The notes under the pieces are model-generated. The model was not told the origin of the DNA, searched no databases, and saw only the letters and a program-made list of their open reading frames with translations. A stretch of DNA of 64,000 nucleotides from assembly GCF_009914755.1 (NCBI RefSeq), contig NC_060934.1. The stretch is one strand, 5' to 3'. This document shows, in pieces, positions 53,252-64,000 of the stretch; the first letter of the stretch is position 1; each line of letters begins with the position of its first letter. A program made the translations under genes and the position numbers. Source of the stretch: the human T2T-CHM13v2.0 reference genome, Homo sapiens.

Positions 53252-55223
53252 CGCCTTGATTTTGGTGGTCTAGAATTTGCAAGCTGCTTCTCCGCCCTGT
53301 GCATATCCAATCCTCAGCCCTTCCACTAAGGATTAGAACTTGATTTTCTTCTTTTCATCCCACCCTCCCTGCCTTGAGATATTGCTGCATCTGGACAGAT
53401 GTGCCAAGTACAATTCTGGCTCAGGTGACTGAAGTCTAAGTCAGGCATATGTCTTCACTCTCCCTGACCATCCCTCTTGCTGCTGGCCTGCGTGGCGTGC
53501 TCGTGCCGATAGGGGCAGCTGTGTGAGTAGCAGGACCATCCTGGAGACAGCCATGCAAAGGGAAACCATCTGGGTGGGGTGAGCTTGCCAGCCCCAGCTA
53601 CAGGTCCTGGTGGAGTTGACAGTTGATGGATCACTGTGCTGTGACCTCTGGGCAGCCCAGGCCTGCGACGGGCAGAGAGCTGTCTTGTTTCTCCTTTTGG
53701 AACCTGAAGGGCAGAGACAGGGTGAAGTTGCCAGGAGAGGCTTTCAGCTGGATCCTAGGGGCCAGCGTGCAGCCCTTTCCCAGGGCTGGGGGTAGGGGAG
53801 AAGTGTCTCTCTCTGGGCCGTGTGGATGGGCCAGAACCCTGAGCTGGGTGCAGAGGGCTACGCTGGAGAGGCGGGGAAGGGCACTGGACCGGGTGTCTCG
53901 AGACCTGGGCATGGTTTTAGTTCTACCCCGGGTAGCAGCACGATCTTGTGCAAATAGTGTCTTCCTTCTGGTCCTCATGTTTCTCGTAAAGCTGACTTCC
54001 AACTAGAACAGTCTACCTTTCTATTTTTCTCCTGATTTGTAGAAAAAGATGGTGCTGTTAAGAGACGGAAATGTGGCCTTCCTAAATTTGCTTTGAGTCC
54101 TGAGTTCCTGATTTGGGGGCAAGTGTCTGTGAAGGGCTTGGGGTCACTCTGTGGCTTTTGCCTCATTTTTATGGGTCGTAGAGGATACCTCAATAAATAG
54201 CATTTTTCTTCCCTGAACAAATTGAGAGATGAGGCCATGGTTGAAACTTTGAACTTTGGAACTTGCCCAGATGTATCAGGTCAGTCACCCTCCTCCCCTG
54301 GGGCCAATAAACCAAGTGTTCCAAAGGCCAGGTGGTCTTAGGGAAAATGATGGACCCTGAAGGGTGAGGGTCATGGCCAGTGTGGACTACAGAGGATCCC
54401 CTAGCCACACTGGAGAGGGGACAGTGCCCTGGTTTTCCTGATACGCCCCCTTAGTGCTCAAGGCTGGTTTCAACCCTGCTGTACTAATCTGCTGATGAGG
54501 GAGAGTTGGTGGCTCAGTGGTGACAGCACAGGTTTGACAGAGGGTGTCTACACCACCCAGTGCCCCCTTGAGCTCACATCTGAGGGTCTGTTGAGATTAC
54601 AGAGGCCCTTGATAGAGTCCGAAATTTGAAGGACAAGCAAGGAAGATTGGAGCATCTGTGAACTATCTCCAGTTCAGCATTGCATTAGAAAAGGAATTAC
54701 ATCAGGTCACTGATGTCTTCTCCTAACTCAGTGATCTCCACAGCCCCCTGGATCCTGCCAGGCCTGTGGAGAAGAGGGACAAGCCAGCCTCCCCACCACC
54801 CCTGCCCTCCGTTCCTTTTATATTTAAATCAGAAGCTTAGGCTCCTCCGTGTAGCTGCTCTATTTTTCATGCCTCTTGCCTGGGTCTAAGCCCTGGAGCT
54901 TAGGGTGCTGTGATATGCTTGCGGGATGCTGCCCCACCACGGCTGGAACCAGGGCTTCAGCCCGGCGCACACCCAGCTCGTTTGGAGGTCACGGCTCACC
55001 ATAAAAATGGTGTGAGTGGCCAGCTCTTTTTTCACTGTGGCTCTGGGCAGCCCAGCCCAGCTCCGGGGTGGATGCAAGGCCTGAGAGTGAACTTTGTTGT
55101 GAATGATGACACAATTCCAGAAAAATGCAGTGTCTCCCAGATACGGCTTCTGGAGCTTTGCCTGGGGTGGGGGGCTGGAGGTTGTTTAGTGTTTGGGTTC
55201 CTGGTGGTTCTTTGCCCCAGGGG

Positions 55224-55262
55224 TGTGTGTGTGTGTGTGTGTGTACACATGTGTGTGCGTGC
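55224..55262 (+). repeat. Imperfect (TG)n microsatellite
   Basis: Read directly. Confidence 0.85.
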
Positions 55263-56142
55263 ATGCTTTTTCATGAGGCACACTTATTTTCAGATGTTCA
55301 CATGGACTCTTTTTGAGATTCCCCAGGGGAAAAGGAGAAAGTACAGAAAGCCGTGACACCTGATGGAAAATATTACGCTTTAGTCAACAGGGCTGATGTG
55401 TCTCCTCTGACTTTGCCTTTAAACCAAACCACACCACAGCGGGGAAAGATGAGCCACACATGAGGCCTGCTGGGCCGGTGACTGTCCCCTAAAGTGGGAC
55501 TCTTGTAATTCTAAGCGCCTTTGAAAAATGCTTTCAGAATCATCCAGTACTTGAGTTGTAGGGGGCCTGAAAGGTCATCTTGGCCCAGTGGCTTGTTTTA
55601 AAGGAGGAGGAAACTGAGGGCCAGAGAGGACCTATGACCCTCCCAGGGTTGCACAGCTAGAACTCAAATCCTGTCTCTTGATCCTCAGAGAAGGGTTTGG
55701 TCTGTTCTGTTCTGCCCTACTTTAGTTTTTAGACAGTGTATTGTGATAAGTTTTAGATTTTTTTTTTTGTACTCTGCTCTTATTCATTCAACAACTCTGG
55801 GGATTTACTGGGGAACAGGCAGACCTGGTCCTTGTGCTCAGGGGGCTTACAGCCTAATGGGAAAGGCAGCTTGGAACAAGAAACCGTGCATGGGATTTGT
55901 AGCGGGTGTGGCTATCTTATTTCTGGCCAGTATGGGGAGGGAGAAGGGGTGGGAGTTGATGGCTGGGGCACGGAGGATGTCATTTCAGCTCTGTGGCCTG
56001 GGTCAGGTGCCCAGCCCAGCAATCTGAGTGTGGATGACTCTGGACTATTTCTCCAGGAGGAGGTGGGATTCACAGGCAGAGACATATCAAAACAGGGACC
56101 TTGGGATGTATGATGTATTTTGTAAGAAAAAAATGGAAAAAC

Positions 56143-56440
56143 AGGCCGGGCACGGTGGCTCACGCCTGTAATCTCAGCACTTTGGGAGGCTGAGACGGAT
56201 GGATCACCTGAGGTCAGGAGTTCGAGACCAGCCTGGCCAATGTGGTGAAACCCCATCTCTACTAAAAATGCAAAAGTTAGCTGGGCATGTTGGCAGGTGC
56301 CTGTAATCCCAGCTACTCAGGAGGCTTAAGCAGGAGAATTGCTTTAACCCAGGAAGCCGAGATTGCGCCATTGCACTCCAGCCTGGGCGACAGAGCAAGA
56401 CTCAGTCTCAAAAAAAAAAAAAAAAAAAAGAAGGAAAAAC
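56143..56440 (+). mobile_element. AluS
   Basis: Full dimer; TSD ggaaaaaca. Confidence 0.93.
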
Positions 56441-58089
56441 AGAGTAGAGCAGGAAGCTCTGTGTATGTATGCGCAGGTAAGGTCGTCAGGTGGGAGGAGG
56501 CCAGGAGATGAGCCATTTGGAAGCCCGGAGGTGGCCTTGACTTCCCTGATGGGAGGAGAGAGAGCTGCTGGGAGAGATAGGATCCAGGGAGGGGTGTGGC
56601 ACAGGCTTCTGGAGGGACAGCAGCTATGGCCAGAGGTGGATCTCTTATTCTCAGGGGTATCAGGGACCCAGGCTCTTTCCACTTGGAACACAAGATAGCA
56701 GGGGCCTTTGTCACCAGCAGGATGGAAGCTGACACACAGGACACCCCTTCCAGGAAGCTTTGTCACATCGACTTCACCTAACTCCAATGACCTCTCCCTT
56801 CTGAGTCCCTCTGCACTTAGAGGCTCTTTCTGTTTGGACTGAGTGGTGGTTTTGGAAAGGCTCTTGTGTGATTTTCACTGGCGTGGACTCTTCCCCAGAT
56901 GCTCACTTTGTACTAACACCGCTGGCTCATTATCACAGAGTCATGGAGCAGGCACTGAGACTCAGAGAGCTCTGTGGCTGCGCAAGATCAGGGTAAAGGT
57001 GGGACTTCAGCCTCACCAGACTCCAGAGCCTCTGGCCGTTCCCGCCATGCCTGCTGCCCCCTGTCCTGGTGTGTTTTCTGCCCATTCTCCCAGACACGGG
57101 CTCCTTGAGGGACAAGGTGGTGAGTTAGCCCTCTTGCTTCGAGCCATCATTTATCATGGATTGTGCTAGCAGTCGTAGGTACACAGACGAGCAAGGCCTG
57201 GCTTTGCCCTCGAGAGCTGACCGGGTTGTAGAAGCTGGGATGCAGGGAGGGCTCTGGGCCCAGGGAACAACCACTTGAGGCAGCCAGGGAAGGCTTCTTG
57301 GAGGAATGACACAGGAGCTGGCTTGGGCTATATAGTCTCTCACTTTGCTGAACTTCCATTTCCTAGTAAGTAACTTGGATATGACTGTGAAGTTATTGCA
57401 ACCATTGTGTAAAATAGTTATTCAAGCAAACCAGTTTGAAACCCTTTGCAAATAGAAGACACCGAGACTTGGTATTGACAGTCCTCTGTCAGGAGAGGAT
57501 CCCAGTCTTGGCCCAGCCTCCACTGCACACTGTCCCAGGAAAGCCTCCCAGAGCCACCCTCTCGCTGCCTGCAGGGCTGCCCTTCAGTGGCCTCGACTCC
57601 TGTGGAGACTCTGCATTCCCGGCCAGATTTGCCTTTCCCTCTGGGCGGACCCCCCCACACACCTCACAGCACCAGCCTGGGAGCTTGGGAGGGGGCGTGA
57701 AACCAGCAGGTGGGAGTCTGGAGTCCTGGCTCCGGTAGTCGCCAGCCACTTCTTGTCCCCTGGTCCCTCATCCTCCATCCTCTAGGCCTACTCTTCTCTT
57801 TGCAGAAAGGCTCCTTGGGGTTCAGAGAATGTAGGAAACTTGTTGGAGCTCACACAGCTGAGTAACAACCAGGCCCTGCTGCCTCCTGTACACAGTATTT
57901 CCTGCTGCTCTCTGGGTACATGGAGTGGGAAGGGGAGGCCCTGGGCCACAGCACCCCACCCCTCACCTCTATCGCACCCCACCCTTCACCCCTATTGCAC
58001 CCCACCCCTCACCCGTCGCCTCTTTATTCTATCTCTGAGGTCGTGACTGTGTCTCTGGTAATGAATATTTTGCTTTGGAACATCCCCCC

Positions 58090-58510
58090 TCTTTTTATTG
58101 AGAGATAATTCACGTACCATAATATTCTCCACTTTAAAGTGTAAATTTAATAGTCTTTGTACATTCACAATGTTGTGCAACCATCACCACTATCTAATTC
58201 CAAAACACTTTCATCACCATCACCCCAAAAAGAAACCCTGGATCTAATAGCGATCACTTCCCACTTGCCCCTACCACGGTCCCTGGCAACCGCCAATCTG
58301 GGTTGTCTCTGGATTTATCTATTGTGGACATTTCACGTAAATGAAATAATACAATATGTGGCTTTTTGTATCTGGTTAATTTCACGTAGCATAGTGTTTT
58401 CAAGGTTCATCCATGTTGCAGCCTGCATCAGTGATTCATTACTTTTTGTGGCTGAATAATATTCCATTGGATGGATGTACCACAATTTGTTAATCCACTC
58501 ATCCACTGAT
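58090..58510 (-). mobile_element. L1MB-type 3' fragment
   Basis: ttgtgcaaccatcaccactatctaattccaaaac...tttcaaggttcatccatgttg. Confidence 0.8.
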
Positions 58511-58813
58511 GCTACCTTCGTTTTAACTTCAGTTACAGCCTCCTGCTGTCCCTTGAGTTCTTTGGGGAGTGTTCTTATTTTTAATTTCTCTAATGGAAAC
58601 TTTGGTCAGTGTTCTCCACCTGTAGGCTGGGTATTTTGACATGTTTTCCAAGTGGCTTCTGGAAACACGGAAGCAGTGATTCTGAAATGGAAAAGAGAAC
58701 ATTCTCTCCCATAGGCCCCCCTGTCTGATATAACTCCCTGGTGGCACGCCTCAGTGAGGGTGGCACCATCGCAGGTGGGAGGGAGTATGTCTATTTCAAA
58801 AGTGCTGGGGCAG

Positions 58814-59120
58814 GGGCCGGGTACGGTGGCTGACACCTATAATCCTCCACTTTGGAAGGCGGAGGTGGGTGGATTACTTCAGGCCAGGAGTTTGAGACCA
58901 GCCTGGCCAACATGGTGAAACCCTGTCTCTACTAAAAATACAAAAATTAGCCAGGTGTGGTGGCGGATGCCTGTAGTCCCAGCTACTCAGGAGGCTGAGG
59001 CAGGAGAATCATTTGAGCCTGGGAAGTGGAGGCTACAATGAGCTGAGATCATGCCATTGAACTCCAGCTTGGGCAACAGAGCGAGACTCTGTCTAAACAA
59101 AAGAAAACAACCCCCAAAAA
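58814..59120 (+). mobile_element. AluS
   Basis: TSD aaaagtgctggggca. Confidence 0.93.
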
Positions 59121-59299
59121 AGTGCTGGGGCAAAGTGGCTGAGCCCACTGGTGAAAAGGCGCTGTGGATGGGGTGCCTCCGACTTGTGTGCAGCTCCTCA
59201 GTTATGGCTATGCCCTGGCTGTGACAAGGACAGGATTCTGGCACAGCTAGTCTAAGATCATGTTTTGGGGTCCTTGCTCAGAGTGTTGCCTTCATTCTC

Positions 59300-59930
59300 T
59301 TTTATTTTTTTCCCATTTATTTAGTGAAAATGTAATTTATATACAGTAACATCTGCCTCTTAAAAGTGCATAGTTCTGCGTGTTGTAACTGTGTACACCA
59401 CGTAGTTAGTACACATGGTGTCATGTAACTACCACCACAATCAGGAGTACTTTCATCACCCCCTGAAACTCCCCCAGACTCCCTTGTAGTTACCTCCTAC
59501 TCCTAGCCCCAGCCCCTGGCAACCACTGGTCTGCTTTTTGTCTTTACAAGAATGTCATATACATGGAATCACACCGAGTGTAGCCTTTTGAGTCTGATTT
59601 CTTTCACTTAGCATAATGTATTTGAGATTTGTCTGTGTTGTTATGTGTATCAGTTTCCCTTTATTTCTGAGCAAGAGTTCAGGGTTTGTTTATTCCCCAA
59701 TTGAAGGATGTTTGGGTTGTTTCCAATTTTTGGTGATTATGAATAAAGCCACTATAAGCATTCACGAACAGTTTTTTCTCTGAACACAAGTTTTCTTTTC
59801 ACTTGGGTAAATATGTAGGAGTGGGATTGCTGGGTCACATGGTAGGTGTATGTTTAATTTTATAAGAAACCTGCAAGCTGCTTTCCAAAGAGCTGTACCG
59901 TCTTGCATTCTCAACAGTGATGCATGAGCA
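59300..59930 (-). mobile_element. L1MB/MC-type 3' fragment
   Basis: ccagcccctggcaaccactggtctg...gagtgggattgctgggtcacatgg. Confidence 0.78.
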
Positions 59931-60029
59931 TTCATTATCTTTCATTATGTTCTAGGCTCTCACATTGATCAGAGGCAATATGGGCTTGGCGTTTTAATTG
60001 CAAGGAACAAAGACTCTGCCTCCCTTGCC

Positions 60030-60365
60030 TGTTTTAGTTTAGGTTCCCCAGAAGTGGACTCTGGTGCAATGATTTGAGTGTAAGTAGTTTATCCGGGGGT
60101 CAATGCCAGGAAACTCCCCCCACCTCCAGCAGGGGAGTGGAGAGGGGAGAGGAAAAGGAAGGTAGCTGGTAAAGGGTATGTCATCAGGCAGGAAGCCTAG
60201 TTTCTAGAATCCATCCCCTGTCAGTTATTGACTGAGGGCTCCTGCGGGAGTCTTGTCAATTCCCTGGCACTCCAGCCTGCCCCCTTCTCAGGAGAGCTGG
60301 CTTTGCTGGCTTTGGCAGCCAGTCTCAGGTGAAGGGTATTTGGAAGTCTGGCCCAGGTGCAACAG
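60030..60365 (-). mobile_element. ERVL-class LTR (LTR33/LTR16-like)
   Basis: ttaggttccccagaag...gatttgagtgtaagtagtttat pattern. Confidence 0.55.
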
Positions 60366-60427
60366 TGACAGGGCACTCTTCCCAGGTGATAGCGGTTCCT
60401 TCCATCCTCTTTCCATGACACTCCCTC

Positions 60428-60736
60428 TTTCTTTTTCTTTTTTTTTTTTTTTTTTGAGACAGAGTCTCGCTCTTTCGCCCAGGCCGGACTGCAGTGGTGC
60501 TATCTCGGCTCACTGCAAGCTCCGTCTCCCAGGTTCACGCCATTCTCCTGCCTCAGCCTCCTGAGTAGCTGGGACTATAGGCGCCCACCACCGCGCCTGG
60601 CTAATTTTTTGTATTTTTAGTAGAGACGGGGTTTCACCGTGTTAGCCAGGATGGTCTCGATCTCCTGACCTCATGATCCTCCCGCCTCAGCCTCCCAAAG
60701 TGCTGGGATTACAGGCGTGAGCCACCGCGCCCGGCC
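60428..60736 (-). mobile_element. AluY
   Basis: Y diagnostics; TSD acactccctcttt. Confidence 0.95.
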
Positions 60737-61025
60737 TAACACTCCCTCTTTCATCTTGGCTCTGTCTACTGGTGGCTTCCTTTTCTGCATCATACTTTCT
60801 GCTCATTGTGTTTCTCTTCATATGTTCCCACTACCAGCTAACTGAATGTTGACACCCCAAAGAGAGAAAAATTGGTTGGTGAGTTAGTCACTGCTTTTCT
60901 CTTGGACAGAGCCCTCAATTTAAGTCATCTGGTAGGCACACCAGTCATTGTTGGCTGCCCTTGGGTCAAGTGGCCTGCCCTGGGCCAACCAGCTGTGACC
61001 AGGGAAGTGGGTCAGAGAGTTCAGA

Positions 61026-61235
61026 GCAGCGCTGTCCAATGGAACCTTCTGTGATGATGGAAATGTTCTGTATATTATGGTAGCTACTAGCCATGTGTGG
61101 CCATTGAGTGCTTGAAGTGTGGCTTGTGCTACCAAGGAACTGAGTTTTTAATTTCATTTAATTTTAATAAATTAAGATTTAAATTCACATAGCTGCATAT
61201 GGCTAGCGGCTACCATAGTGGACAGCATAGCTCTA
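61026..61235. mobile_element. MER3-type hAT MITE
   Basis: gcgctgtccaatggaaccttctgtgatgatggaaatgttctg...gtggacagc. Confidence 0.82.
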
Positions 61236-61370
61236 GAACATGGGCCCAGTTTTTGGCGATTATGAATAAAGCCACTATAAGCATTCACGAACAGCTTTTT
61301 CTATGAACATAAGTTGTCATGTTCTTGGCCTCTTCTCTCCACTAAATAATGTGGTATAACATTCTCTTGA

Positions 61371-61672
<302 letters not shown>

Positions 61673-61745
61673 AAGGTCAGTTTTTTAAAAAGCCAATTAA
61701 TATCTGATTTGTGATTCTGAATCTTTAACATATTTAACCGTCTGC

Positions 61746-63367
61746 TTTTTTTTTTTTTTTTTTTAATTCACAGATGACATGGTCTTTTTTTTTTTTTATT
61801 GATCATTCTTGGGTGTTTCTCACAGAGGGGGATTTGGCAGGGTCATAGGACAATAGTGGAGGGAAGGTCAGCAGGTAAACAAGTGAACAAAGGTCTCTGG
61901 TTTTCCTAGGCAGAGGACCCTGCGGCCTTCCGCAGCGTTTGTGTCCCTGGGTACTTGAGATTAGGGAGTGGTGATGACTCTTAACCAGCATGCTGCCTTC
62001 AAACATCTGTTTAACAAAGCACATCTTGCACCGCCCTTAATCCATTTAACTCTGAGTGGACACAGCACATGTTTCAGAGAGCACAGGGTTGGGGGTAAGG
62101 TCACAGATCAACAGGATCCCAAGGCAGAAGAATTTTTCTTAGTACAGAACAAAATGAAAAGTCTCCCATGTCTACTTCTTTCTACACAGACACGGCAACC
62201 ATCCGATTTCTCAATCTTTTCCCCACCTTTCCCCGCTTTCTATTCCACAAAACCGCCATTGTCATCATGGCCCGTTCTCAATGAGCTGTTGGGCACACCT
62301 CCCAGACGGGGTGGTGGCCGGGCAGAGGGGCTCCTCACTTCCCAGTAGGGGCGGCCGGGCAGAGGCACCCCTCACCTCCCGGACGGGGCGGCTGGCCGGG
62401 CAGGGGGCTGACCCCCCCACCTCCCTCCCGGACGGGGCGGCTGGCCGGGCGGGGGGCTGACCCCCCCCACCTCCCTCCCGGACGGGGTGGCTGCCGGGCG
62501 GAGACGCTCCTCACTTCCCAGACTGGGTGGCTGCCGGGCGGAGGGGTTCCTCACTTTTCAGACGGGGCGGCTGCCGGGCGGAGAGGCTCCTCACTTCTCA
62601 AACGGGGCGGCTGCCGGGCGGAGGGTCTCCTCACTTATCAGACGGGGCGGCCGGGCAGAGACACTCCTCACCTCCCAGACGGGGTGGCGGCCGGGCAGAG
62701 GCGCTCCTCACATCCCAGACAGGGCGGCGGGGCAGAGACGCTCCTCACTTCCTAGATGGGATGGCGGCCGGGAAGAGGTGCTCCTCACTTCCTAGATGGG
62801 ATGGCGGCCGGGCAGAGACGCTCCTCACTTTCCAGACTGGGCAGCCAGGCAGAGGGGCTCCTCACATCCCAGACGATGGGCGGCCAGGCAGAGACGCTCC
62901 TCACTTCCCAGACGGGGTGGCGGCCGGGCAGAGGCTGCAATCTCAGCACTTTGGGAGGCCAAGGCAGGCGGCTGGGAGGTGGAGGTTGTAGCGAGCCGAG
63001 ATCACGCCACTGCACTCCAGCCTGGGCGCCATTGAGCACTGAGTGAACCAGACTCTGTCTGCAATCCCGGCACCTCGGGAGGCCGAGGCTGGCGGATCAC
63101 TCGCGGTTAGGAGCTGGAGACCAGCCCGGCCAACACAGCGAAACCCCGTCTCCACCAAAAAAATACAAAAACCAGTCAGGCGTGGCGGCGCGCGCCTGCA
63201 ATTGCAGGCACTCCGCAGGCTGAGGCCGGAGAATCAGGCAGGGAGGTTGCAGTGAGCCGAGATGGCAGCAGTATAGTCCAGCTTCGGCTCGGCATGAGAG
63301 GGAGACTGTGGAAAGAGAGGGAGAGGGAGACCATGGGGAGAGGGAGAGGGAGAGGGAGAGGGAGAGG
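61746..63367 (-). mobile_element. Full-length SVA retrotransposon (probably SVA_D-like), antisense to GRK5
   Basis: (CCCTCT)n hexamers 63296-63367, Alu-like region ~62930-63290, GC-rich VNTR ~62300-62930, SINE-R ~61798-62290, poly-A; TSD ACCGTCTGCTTT at 61737-61748 and 63368-63379. Confidence 0.96.
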
Positions 63368-63721
63368 ACCGTCTGCTTTAAAAATGGGAAATATCAGTAT
63401 TTGAGGCAATGAAGTCAAAATTGACCTAATGAGATGTTGATACGATTCTTTTCCTGAAGCTTTAATACATTTACATTTTTATTTTTGGAAACTCACTTTC
63501 ATTCTGTACATTTATACTGTACCTATTTTGTGTTGTCAGATGTACGTGTGTGAGTTACTGATTTTCTTCCTCACACATGGAGACACTTGGCAGCCAATCA
63601 GCCCACCAGGAAATAGGTCTGAAGTACTCTCTTAGAATTCAGAAGCACAAGTGGTGCCCCTGACAGCAGCCTAAGTGTGAGTTTCTGAAGTCAGAGCCAA
63701 ATAGGGTTCTGTGCAGCCTGA

Positions 63722-64000
<279 letters not shown>

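Noticed and set aside
61803-63418. SVA-region ORFs and the repeat-spacer (CRISPR-like) look of the VNTR
   Set aside because: SINE-R/VNTR/Alu-like translations; the units are tandem GC-rich VNTR copies without unique spacers, in eukaryotic DNA with no cas genes

Overview
Primate (very probably human) genomic DNA containing the 5' end of GRK5 (G protein-coupled receptor kinase 5). It has about 8 kb of repeat-rich upstream DNA, a CpG-island promoter (~8060-9560) and exon 1, whose 52 coding nt (9335-9386, MELENIVANTVLLKARE+G) end at a GAAG|GTAAGA donor. About 54.6 kb of intron 1 follows; exon 2 was not found. No other protein-coding gene is supported: nearly all ORFs in the track derive from Alu, L1, SVA or GC-rich DNA. 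Repeats include about 45 Alu copies or fragments, a 7SL pseudogene, a FAM, three THE1 LTRs, MLT1 and ERV LTRs, old L1s, MIR/L2, hAT and Tigger MITEs, and a full-length antisense SVA. Most notable observations: (1) a decayed Ty3/Gypsy RT-RNase H fossil at ~1-2740 (minus) running into a PPT and LTR with no integrase between; (2) an SVA with a 20-nt 3' transduction inside a 12-bp TSD; (3) a GATA/RUNX motif cluster near 52,150 that may be the known platelet GRK5 enhancer; (4) a 5'UTR with two minimal uORFs, G4 tracts and a (GCG)7 repeat; (5) near-abutting inverted Alus, a re-used insertion site and local duplications. Repeat subfamily names and most repeat boundaries are by-eye estimates.
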